The notes under the pieces were generated by a model, which was not told where the DNA came from, searched no databases, and saw nothing but the letters and a program-made list of their open reading frames with translations. This document shows positions 1 to 9,756 of a stretch of 30,638 bases of DNA, piece after piece. The position numbers and the translations under genes were made by a program. Every line of letters starts with the position of its first letter. Position 1 is the stretch's first letter. The DNA lies in assembly GCA_051294375.1 (NCBI GenBank), contig JBJCIZ010000321.1:1-30638 (forward strand), written 5' to 3'. The stretch comes from Paraspadella gotoi (taxonomy: Eukaryota; Animalia; Chaetognatha).

Positions 1-38
1 AGAGAGAGAGAGAGAGAGAGAGAAAGAGACAGACAGAG
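1..38. repeat. (AG)n microsatellite
   Basis: Direct AG dinucleotide run at the window start. Confidence 0.9.
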
Positions 39-199
39 TCTGAGAAAAAAATTAGGAATAAAAAAGTTGTTATTTTACTCACTGAATAAAAATACTTAAA
101 ATACTTACAAAATACATAAAATTGATAAAATTATTATTCCGATAACATTGTTTAATCACATGCAATATATCTGTTATTATCAATTTTATTTTTTTAAAT

Positions 200-508
200 T
201 TTTCATTAATAAAACAAAACAAATTTTAAAAGTTGTATTAATAACCTTTATCTAACTATTATTATTATTATTATTTATTTATCAGAATCTATAAAAAAAA
301 TTGAAAAGCAAAATTTTAAAAATTATTTTCATTTTCATATTATTTAATAGTCGCTTAACCATTATTTATTTGAGAGAACTTCTAGTTTTCAACCTGTTCC
401 GGCCTAATATCTAGTAAGAAGTATCTAGTTCTCTTTAAATTTTTTTTTCCCTTTTACTATTAAATCGGTTTTCAATGTAACTTTTGAATTAGTTCATTGG
501 GTTGTTGC
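200..508 (-). mobile_element. Partial copies of the MITE family at 2319-2922
   Basis: 371-406 (tgagagaacttctagttttcaacctgttccggccta) is the reverse complement of 2319-2355. 421-508 is the diverged reverse complement of ~2804-2890. Truncated by the N-gap. Confidence 0.75.
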
Positions 509-931
509 NNNNNNNNNNNNNNNNNNNNNNNNNNNNNNNNNNNNNNNNNNNNNNNNNNNNNNNNNNNNNNNNNNNNNNNNNNNNNNNNNNNNNNNNNNNN
601 NNNNNNNNNNNNNNNNNNNNNNNNNNNNNNNNNNNNNNNNNNNNNNNNNNNNNNNNNNNNNNNNNNNNNNNNNNNNNNNNNNNNNNNNNNNNNNNNNNNN
701 NNNNNNNNNNNNNNNNNNNNNNNNNNNNNNNNNNNNNNNNNNNNNNNNNNNNNNNNNNNNNNNNNNNNNNNNNNNNNNNNNNNNNNNNNNNNNNNNNNNN
801 NNNNNNNNNNNNNNNNNNNNNNNNNNNNNNNNNNNNNNNNNNNNNNNNNNNNNNNNNNNNNNNNNNNNNNNNNNNNNNNNNNNNNNNNNNNNNNNNNNNN
901 NNNNNNNNNNNNNNNNNNNNNNNNNNNNNNN
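509..931. other. Assembly gap (N run)
   Basis: Ns; ORFs spanning it are artefacts. Confidence 1.
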
Positions 932-1124
932 TGGAATCGGATGTTTTTACAACTGTTTTCTACCGGAATTTTTTTCAGGCTCGTTTGTAAAGTTGGGCAG
1001 TCAGATTCGAACGGAAATCTCTATTAGAAAAATGTTGAATTTTTTTTAAGCAAGATTTTCGCCTACATTATGTTATTTCCTTTCTTCTCTCTAACTCAAT
1101 GTTAAAGAGAAAAATTTGTTATTG

Positions 1125-1185
1125 AAACAAACGCTGATGAAAGCTTAAAGCAAGAGCCGAAACATGTCCTAATGTAAATAAAAAT
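1125..1185 (+). ncRNA. Degenerate minimal type I hammerhead ribozyme motif (Penelope-like element style)
   Basis: CTGATGA (1134-1140), partial stem II agctt/gagcc, GAAA (1159-1162), palindromic ACATGT stem III, TC cleavage dinucleotide, then AATAAA. Stem I pairs poorly. Confidence 0.45.
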
Positions 1186-1223
1186 CGTTGTTATCAAACA
1201 AACTTTGTTTTCTCTAAAGATAA

Positions 1224-1594
1224 ATTATGCAAAAAAAGTCCGTCAGTCCGTCCGTCCCCCCTTAGATGGATGGATTGGAAGGAAATTTCGTGGGTGGGTA
1301 GGGAAGTGTGTGATTGAGCTGGATATGAAGTTTCGATGGAATCGTGCGAATGGAAATGATTTTAAATGGAAAAAACAAAAAAATATATTTTACTATTTGA
1401 ACGGCAATTACCCCGGGGGCAGTGCTAGGGGCGGCCCCGTAGGGTGGCTCCGCGGGGCGGTAGGGTGTGCCAAATGCCAAAAGTTGTTCGGATTTCAAAA
1501 GAGGTCTAGGATAATATGTGGAGGCTCAAAAAAGGATGTTAGGAACTATCGCCGCCTAAATAAGTTGATCACCGGCCGTGCTACCCTGCCTTAA
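1224..1594 (+). mobile_element. Non-autonomous Helentron/DINE-1-like element fragment
   Basis: Head attatgcaaaaaaa-gtccgtcagtccgtccgtcc. Body 1265-1410 matches the reverse complement of ~9480-9625 and ~19680-19830. (GTCY)n is typical of Helentron-associated elements. The right boundary is uncertain. Confidence 0.55.
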
Positions 1595-2318
1595 AGAATT
1601 TTTGGTACACCTTTCACTTCATAGTTCATTGTGTCTAAAGTAAGAAAGGTTTTTGTGTCCACCTAAATTTATTAGTTGTAAAAGTATATGAAGTTAATTC
1701 AAATAAATTTTCAGATCCTATCTCTGGAGGCTCTGCTGCAGCATTTACAACATGCTGGAGGAGGTGGTAGCTATTAAAATAAAGAGTATATATTTTGAGT
1801 GCTGATGGTATTATTTTCATTAAAAAGCCCTTTAACTAATTTCATAACCTTTTTTTAAAAATGCAAGTATGTTTATATCCTGGAGGATACTTCTTGTACA
1901 GTTTTTATAATGACTTAAATTATGTACAAAATTTATATCTATTAATTAGATAGTAAAACAGTTTAATAAAAATAAATAGGATAAAAGTTTTTGGTAAGTC
2001 TTAAATTGATTGACCAACTACTTCTCATGGGAACCTCTTTTGAAGGATTCTGAAAATTTATCCCCACACCCCATCAATTAAAAAAAAGAAAGTTATGATA
2101 TCAAAAATAGCTTTAATAGCTGGCCAAATACTCGTAGTTACTTTTTTAATTAACAATTTTTGAACAGCATTCTTTATACGACCTGTAGAGGCATCTCCAA
2201 TATGCTGGAGTATGTGGATAAAGGCTTGCTGCTAATAAAGCTTTTAATTAAAGAATAAAATCCTTATTTTTGATATATATAATTATATAATTACTTTTAA
2301 CCAAGGTGTGCCCTACAT

Positions 2319-2922
2319 TAGGCCGGAACAGGTTGAAAACTAGAAGTTCTCTCAAATAAAAAATGGATAAGTGACTGTTAGAGAATATGAAAATAAAAAT
2401 AATTTTTAAAATTTATCTTATTGATTAGCGCATGGAAGCATTTAAAGATTATTTTATTACTATATAAAGTTAAAATTTTTTTTTAATTTTTCAATTTTTT
2501 TAAGAGATTCTGGTAGAGCTTTAAAAGTTAGATAAAGGTTATTAATACAACTTTTTAAATTGTTTTTGTTTTATTGATAAAAATTTTAAAAAAACATAAA
2601 ATTCAGCCAATGATGATGATGATGATGATTTTTAAATGTTTTTTATATTTTTAACCAATTTTTTTGTAAAAGTTTTAAAAGATTGTAGTAGTAACTGTCA
2701 TTTAACTTTTCAAGCTCTATAGGAATCCGTTCTTAAAAATTAAAATTTAAAAAAAAAATGTTTGTTATTTGTTATATATTATTAAATATTTAAAAGCTTC
2801 AGTGCAACAACCCAATGAACTAATTCAAAAAGTTGCATTGAAAATTGATTTAGTAATAGAAGGAAAAAATTTTTTTTGAGAGAACTAGAAGTTATAAAAA
2901 GTGTTAATTTTGTCCCGCCTTA
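2319..2922. mobile_element. hAT-type MITE (~600 bp, foldback)
   Basis: Termini taggccggaaca / tgtcccgcctta (9/12 inverted match). 8-bp TSD ccctacat (2311-2318) / gcctacat (2923-2930). Internal halves are diverged inverted repeats (e.g. ~2500-2560 vs ~2670-2735). Confidence 0.75.
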
Positions 2923-3994
2923 GCCTACATGTTTGTAGATTCTTCATGTACAGACTGTTTGAAGGATAAAATATCTTTATTATATTATTATAAATAAATA
3001 TGTTTTTATCATAACATGATAAAATCAGCCTGAGTCAACCTAAGAATAATATATCTAATAATAGAGATGCGCATCGCTCGAATCAAAGCTCCGATCAAGA
3101 CTCCTTTATATTTCACTTCTATTCAAAACTGCATAGTCAAGGCCAAAACAAATTATGTCAATATAGGCAGATTTCGAAAGCTTGGCGTCTTGGGAAACCA
3201 ATGGAGGTAGAGCGCGATCAAAATTCCCATTTTATCATGCCCAAAAATGGTATTTAAATGGATTGGTCAGGCCGTTTTTTCCCTATTCCAAGAAAACCTC
3301 CTGGCTCTTGAGTAAAAAAGACCAAATCATACATATCAGTACAGTTTCCGAAACCGTATTGTCTTCTCTACATGATGAAAAAAACAAAATTAAAATTCTT
3401 GCAATATTAATTGCTTGATAAAGCAATCAAATGAACTGGTTTTTTAGGTGAAAACTGCATAGTCAAGCCTTCATTTTTTTAATTTTGAACACAATTTACT
3501 ATTCAAATCAGGTAGAGCGCGGGCTTAATTCAAAAGCGTTTTCTCAATATAATTCAAAATTTAAAAAAAGTCCAATAAAAACTCATTAAAAACAAAAATT
3601 GTCGCACAGTATTGCTTGTGAGTCCCAAATGCTAAAAAATATTTTTTTAAATTTTTTATATTATTATATAATATAGCAAGATAGCTTATTTATTAAATGA
3701 ATGGATAATTTTTATATTGGTTGTACCAATTTCATATAAAAATATTTATATAAATATAATTATAGTATTAAGAATGAACTTTTTTATTTAATCCGAGAAA
3801 GGTAGCACTATATATTAAAAAATATATATGCATAAAAAATTATATTTTATAATAAAATTAGCTAATTTTTTCAAACTGCAACAGTTTTTTTTTATTATGA
3901 TATGATTAATAAATATAAGATTAATATTTTAATAAAATATAATACTTATATTAAATATAATAAATCAAAACAATTTTAATTTTTTTATTTTGAT

Positions 3995-3995
3995 G

Positions 3996-4043
<48 letters not shown>

Positions 4044-4055
4044 TAATAATAATAA
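3995..4055. repeat. (AAT)n microsatellite
   Basis: Direct trinucleotide run. Confidence 0.9.
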
Positions 4056-4129
4056 ATAAAATATAAATATTTTAATTTTAATTTTATTTTTTTAATTATA
4101 AATTGAAGAGACATTAATTATTGTTATGT

Positions 4130-4334
4130 GTTAGTGACAGAACCGTTCAATGTAAGCAGTCCCTGAGCTTCGGATCAGGCTGTAACACCATGTTACAGGC
4201 GGGTTAAGCGCCCCGTCCCTCTTAACTGCCAGACGACCACCGGGCTAGAACCCCGGACCTTTGGGTTGGGAGGCGAATGACTTGCCTCCGGCACCAATGG
4301 CCGCTGATGAACGGTTGGTGGATTCTAGTCCACC
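4130..4334 (-). mobile_element. tRNA(Gly)-derived SINE-like element 1
   Basis: Minus strand 4303-4234 is 70 nt with a 7-bp acceptor-like stem CGGCCAT/GTGGTCG, TCGCCTCCCA (Gly-CCC anticodon-arm-like) and a degenerate B box GGTTCTAGCCC. It is a GC-rich island in AT/(AAT)n flanks. Confidence 0.6.
4155..4230 (-). ncRNA. Twister-like ribozyme, circularly permuted (P5 type)
   Basis: Minus strand: P5 GGCAGTT..GACTGCT; GG-GACGG; GGCGCT; TAA-CC-C-GC; P3 CTGTAACA/TGTTACAG; P4 CCTGA/TCAGG; L4 TCCGAAGC. Both pseudoknots can form (CCG/CGG and GC/GC). Predicted cut U^A between 4206 and 4205. Confidence 0.7.
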
Positions 4335-4349
4335 ATAAAATATTATTTT

Positions 4350-4449
4350 TATTATTATTATTATTATTATTAATATTATTATTATTATTATATTTATTAT
4401 TACTATTATTATTAATATTATTATTATTAATATTATTATTATTATTATT
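4350..4449. repeat. (ATT)n microsatellite
   Basis: Direct trinucleotide run; source of the poly-L/I/N ORFs. Confidence 0.9.
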
Positions 4450-4780
4450 TGTACGAACACTTGGCATGTGCTCATGTAGCCGCCTCTGCTTCGCCGCCGT
4501 CGTGCAGTTATGGAGGACCGCCATCCTCCACGTCCCTCGCTGATGTCTCCGGAAGTGGGCGGGGCCGCGTCCAGCGCCGTTGCGTGTGCGCCGAAAACGT
4601 CGGCTCGCCGTCATGAGGGAGTAATTGGCGAGGCTATTGTCACCCAAGTATGGCCGAATGTAGTGGGCCATGAGTTCATCCACAAGTCTATGACGGAGCC
4701 TAAAGTCTGACCACAAGTACGTCCACAAGTCTCTTGGAGTATGGTCTTGGAGTGTGGTCTATGGACGTGGCATCACTGTG
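4450..4780. other. GC-rich, hairpin-rich island, probably a retroelement fragment
   Basis: Sharp GC rise; hairpins tggagga/tcctcca (4511-4530) and gccga/tcggc; on the minus strand it runs into (AAT)n like a tail. No recognisable protein. Confidence 0.35.
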
Positions 4781-5615
4781 AACGATATAAAAAGGTGATG
4801 GATGGTGACATAATGGCGTCCTAGAACCTTGTAAAAGGCAGTTTGATGACAGGTGGAAAAGTCCTAAGAATCTACACGGGCCTAGTATATCTGGTAAAAA
4901 AAGAAAAGAGGAGTGTAATCTCCTAAAGAAAAGAAAAGAGGCATCTATTGGCAGAAACGGTAATAACAAAAGTCAAACAAATAAATGGGGGGAAAAAGGG
5001 GGACATATCTTTACATTATTATTATTATTATTATTATATAATCTGATAATAATTATATTTTATTATAAAATAAATTTATTTTATTTATTTAAAATTATAA
5101 AAAAATATTTTTTAATTATTTTAATATTCAAATAAATTTTTAAAAAAATATTCTTATAATTTATATATAATAAAAAATTATTTTTAACTGAATAGGATTT
5201 TTCTAAAAAAATTAGGCCCAGGATCTCACTGTGCGCCGGTTCTAAAGCTTAGTACTACGCATAGTACTAATCTTTGTTGGATCAAAACGAGCTCGATTTT
5301 AAGCGAAAGTTGATCGGTTTGAAGAGCGATTGCTTTTTGGCGATTACTTTTGAACAGATTGTCGGATTATGATGAAATTATGCATGTAGACTTGGGCTAT
5401 GATTGATACTAGATGCAATAGATGTGTGATCAAGAAAAGTGTTGTTGAAAGCTTAGGCATCGAAACTATGAGAAAATGTGTGGTTGGAGATCTTCTGACA
5501 AGTGAAGACGATAGACTACCAACCCCAGGGGGCAGACTATTCCAGGGGGAGCAGCGAAATGGTCATTAGAGGGGCGCCCCTAATAGACCCAAAATGTTTG
5601 CCCCAGAGGGAAACG

Positions 5616-8246
5616 CACAATGTATATTTGAAAAAGAGCCTCCAGGTAATAAACCCTGCTCCTGTCCTCGGTCCGCCGTATCTCGTACAAATGTTATATT
5701 TTGAAAAAGGGCCTCCAGTAAGACGTAGTAAAATTTCTAAATTTAACTTATATTAAAAATTCTAAAAATAAGAAAAACGAACAATAGTTATACTAATGAA
5801 CAATTTATATAATAAAAAAAATTATATAAATTTTACAATTTACGCAGTAGGCCATATTTATATCTAGTACTAAACACAATAAATGTAAATATTTTAACAG
5901 TTTTTCTAAGATTTTTTGCAGATTTGGGTTCGTCATAAAAAGTTGATCAAAAATTAGAAAAAGCTATATTTAAGCTGAAAATTAACTTTTATATATTAAA
6001 TATAGTTTTTTTAATTTTTAAACCCACTTAATGAAAGAAATTTTTAAAAAATGATTTATATTTTCTTTATAACAACTTTGCGAGGAATTCAAATCTGCAA
6101 TCAAAATTAAGAAAAGCCTATTTGAAATTTTTCAATTTTATAAGGATAGTACTATATATAAAATATAGCCTACTGTGAAAATTAAAAGCATAAAATTAAT
6201 TTTTTTTTACAAATTAATATTCACATGATAGTATGTATGTTCATAATTGACTTTTAGAATTTTTCATATGTAACTTTCACTAGGCCTTAGCCTCCAGGTT
6301 AACAGCCCTGCTCCTTCCTCGGTCCGCCTATCTCGTACACCAATGTTAATGTTTTTGAAAGGGACTCCAGGTTAACGCCTGCTCCTTCCTCGGTCCGCCT
6401 ATCTCGTACACAATGGTTATAGTTTTTGAAAAAGGGACTCCAGGTTAACGCCTGCTCCTTGCCTCGGTCCGCCTATCTCGTACACAATGTTATGTTTTAA
6501 GAAAGGGACTCCCAGGTTAAACGCCCTGCTCCTTCCTCGGTCCGCCTATCTCGTACACAATGTTATATTTTTGAAAAAGGGACTCCAGGTTAACGCCCTG
6601 CTCCTTCCTCGGTCCACTATCTGTACACAATGTCATATTTTGAAAAAGGGCCTCCAGGTTAACGCCCTGCTCCTTCCTCGGTCCACCTATACTCGTACAC
6701 AATGTCATATTTTGAAAAAGAGGCCTCCAGGTTAAGCCCTGCTCCTTCCTCGGTCCGCCTATCTCGTACACAATGTCATATTTTGAAAAGGGCCTCCAGG
6801 TTAATGCCTGCTCCTTCCTCGGTCCGCCTATCTCGTACACAATGTCATATTTTGAAAAAGGGCCTCCAGGTTAACGCCCTGCTCCTTCCTCGGTCCGCCT
6901 ATCTCATACCAATGTCATATTTTTGAAAAAGGCCTCCAGGTTAACGCCCTGCTCCTTCCTCGGTCCCGCCTATCTCGTACACAATGTCATATTTTTGAAA
7001 GGGCCTCCAGGTTAACGCCCTGCTCCTTCCTCGGTCCGCCTATCTCGTACACAATGTATATTTTGAAAAGGGACTCCAGGTTAACGCCCTGCTCTTCCTC
7101 GGTCCTAATCTCGTACACAATGTTATATTTTGAAAAAGGGACTCCAGGTTAACGCCCTGCTCCTTCCTCGGTCCGCCAATCTCGTACAAAATGTTATATT
7201 TTGAAAAAAGGCCTCCAGAGTTAACGGCCCTGCTCCTTCCTCGGTCCGCCCATCTCGTACACACAATGTTATATTTTGAAAAAAGGCCTCCAGGTTAACG
7301 CCCATGCTCCTTCCTCGGTCCGCCCATCTCGTACACAAAATGCATATTTTGAAAAAGGGCCTCCAGGTTAACAGCCCTGCTCCTTCCTCGGTCGCCCATC
7401 TCGTACACAATGTCATATTTTGAAAAGGGCCTCCAGGTTAACGCCCTGCTCCTTCCTCGGTCCGCCCATCTCGTACACAATGTCATATTTTGAAAAAGGG
7501 CCTCCAGGTTATACGCCCTGCTCCTTCCTCGGTCCGCCCATCTCGTACACAAATGTCATATTTTGAAAAAGGGCCTCCAGGTTAACGCCCTGCTCCTTCC
7601 TCGGCCGCCCATCTCGTACACAATGTCATATTTTGAAAAAGGGCCTCCGGTAACGCCCTGCTCCTTCCTCGTCCGCCCATCTGTACACAATGTCATATTT
7701 TGAAAAAGGCCTCCAGGTTAACGCCCTGCTCCTTCCTCGGTCCGCCTATCTCGTACACAATGTTATATTTTGAAAAAGGGCCTCCAGGTTAACGCCCTGC
7801 TCCTTCCTCGGTCCGCCTATCTCGTACACAATGTTATATTTGAAAAAGGGCCTCCAGGTTAACGCCCTGCTCCTTCCTCGGTCCGCCTATCTCGTACACA
7901 ATGATATATTTTGAAAAAGGGCCTCCAGGTTAACGCCCTGCTCCTTCTCGTCCGCCTATCTCGTACACAATGTTATATTTTGAAAAAAGGGCCTCCAGGT
8001 TAACGCCCTGCTCCTTCCTCGGTCCGCCTATCTCGTACAAATAGTATATATTTGAAAAAGGGCCTCCAGGTTAACGCCCTGCTCTTCCTCGGTCCGCCTA
8101 TCTCGTACAACAATGATATTTTGAAAAAAGGGCCTCCAGGTTAACGCCCTGCTCCTTCCTCGTCGCCTATCTCGTACAAACAATGATATATTTTGAAAAA
8201 GGCCTCCAGGTTAACGCCCTGCTTCCTTCCTCGGTCCGCCTATCTC
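5616..8246. repeat. 71-bp tandem minisatellite (~27 units at 6290-8246, plus ~1.5 units at 5616-5718)
   Basis: Unit cacaatgtcatattttgaaaaagggcctccaggttaacgccctgctccttcctcggtccgcctatctcgta; spacing 7741->7812 = 71 bp; no spacers. Confidence 0.95.
5719..6289. mobile_element. hAT-type MITE inserted into the 71-bp satellite
   Basis: Perfect 8-bp TSD gcctccag (5711-5718 and 6290-6297). TIR taagacgtagtaaaa / tttcactaggcctta (12/15). Internal inverted halves (5845-5872 vs 6147-6176; 5900-5945 vs 6072-6117). Confidence 0.85.
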
Positions 8247-8945
8247 TCTCGTCTTTTCTGTTTTTCTTGCACTGGCTATGGATCGTGCCCACATCCCACC
8301 CACCACCGATTTGGTATCACCAATTTACTAATTATACTAAACTCGAGCAAATATTCTAAATCTTCTACTTTTTAGTTTGAATAATAATGACATCAATCGT
8401 TTATTAAATTATTAAAATTTACATCATTCAGACATACACTTTTGTATTTTATTTTTAAGGCATAATTCTTGTTTTGCTATTAAATCTTTTATACGAATAT
8501 ATTTTTAAGAAATAGGTTATTAAACCTACAATATGCAAATAAGAGTAGGTCACTTTTTTGTTGGTTACTAGATGGATCTCTGATTGTCCGTTTCTCAGGT
8601 CTCAAGCGTCTCCCGTCCCGTGTAAGTTTGACGAGGGTAAATAAGGAATTAAACGTGAATTAAGAAAGTAGTATTAATGTTTATAATGCCTATATAAAAC
8701 CCGTAAAACTCTAGTTGAGGACGAGTGAAACCATTCCAAAAAAGTCAAGAAACGAACTAAATCAGTGATCACAACAAAAGCAACGATGACGATGATGACA
8801 ATAATGCCTCCTGTTCAATCACACACTTTTCTACTCACATACATAATGTGGTATTCCTTTCGTTTCGTTGTGTTTTGGTGTTTTAGCGAAAACAAAGTTT
8901 AGAGTTTGTACTACAACGATTTTTTATTTAACATAAACAGACATG

Positions 8946-9075
8946 TTTTGGCTCTTGTTCAAGCCTTCATCACTTGAAGGCTTGAACAACTTGCAGAATT
9001 TGGTCAACTGGCATAATTTGGTCAACTTTAAGAATTTGGTCAACTGGCATATTTTTTTCAATTGGCATAATTTGG

Positions 9076-9118
<43 letters not shown>

Positions 9119-9698
9119 GAGAGAGATGGAGAGAGAGAAACTTTAAAAAATTCAAATAAATGTGTCTTTTGGTTTTCTAATTTGAACTCTTTTCCACTCA
9201 TATGATTCCATCAAAAAATTTATATCCAGCTTTATCACATACTTTCGTACCCACTCACAAAATTCAATTTCGATTTATCTATCCAATTTTTAATAAACAT
9301 AATAATTATGAGTAAATTTAAGTTAAAATACTTCAAGTAAATATGACTTTTGTGTTTTTCCATTTTAACTCATTTCCACTCGCACGATTCCATCGAAACT
9401 TTATATCCAGCTCAATCACACACTTTCCTACCATCATACAAAATTTCAAGTCAATTGTCTTATCCACTCATGAGCAATTTGCGTTCAAATAGTGAAATAT
9501 ATTTTTTTGATTTTTCCATTTAAACCAATTTCCACTCGCACGATTCCCTCGAAACTTCATATCCACCTCAATCACAGAGTTTCCTACCCACACACAAAAT
9601 TTCATACCAATCCATCCATCCAATCACGAGTAATTGGAGTTCTTTGCTAAGGTGGGATGGACGGACGGACGGACATCGTTTTTTTTGCATAATAGCGA
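8946..9698 (-). mobile_element. Helentron/DINE-like non-autonomous element(s)
   Basis: 15-bp perfect hairpin 8955-8989, aatttggtcaact repeats, (AATC)n, three ~160-185-bp degenerate core repeats (9190, 9373, 9529), (GGAC)n and a ttttgcataat terminus. May be a composite of two elements. Confidence 0.55.
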
Positions 9699-9731
9699 GG
9701 CCTTGTGATATTTTCCGTCATCCACCCTACT

Positions 9732-9756
9732 NNNNNNNNNNNNNNNNNNNNNNNNN
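9732..9756. other. 25-N assembly gap
   Basis: Exactly 25 Ns, at the start of the inverted arm. Confidence 1.

Noticed and set aside
497-1027. ORFs containing X runs (also those at 28280-28937)
   Set aside because: Open only because they span N gaps.
1205-1594. 129-aa ORF
   Set aside because: Lies in a non-coding repeat; the frame is not preserved in the related copies.
1635-2240. Short exons of a host gene
   Set aside because: Some coding-like stretches, but no consistent strand, frame or recognisable motif.
4234-4303. Functional tRNA genes (also 21631-21703)
   Set aside because: Anticodon and D stems do not pair; treated as SINE-type heads.
4222-4728. 168-aa and overlapping poly-N/I/L ORFs
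   Set aside because: They are translations of the (ATT)n microsatellite and GC islands; no recognisable protein.
3605-5233. Transib-like element (cacagt...actgtg)
   Set aside because: Only 6 bp of inverted match, and the 5-bp flanks (tgtcg/cgccg) differ at two positions.
6290-8246. CRISPR array or coding repeats
   Set aside because: Head-to-tail units with no unique spacers; the short ORFs are translations of the satellite; eukaryotic context.
6290-8246. HDV-like ribozyme in the 71-bp unit (ttcctcg)
   Set aside because: No consistent P1/P2/P4 nested pseudoknot could be built.
8560-8940. Promoter or solo LTR (tatataaa near 8691)
   Set aside because: No TG..CA ends with TSD and no linked ORF; TATA-like words are common in AT-rich DNA.
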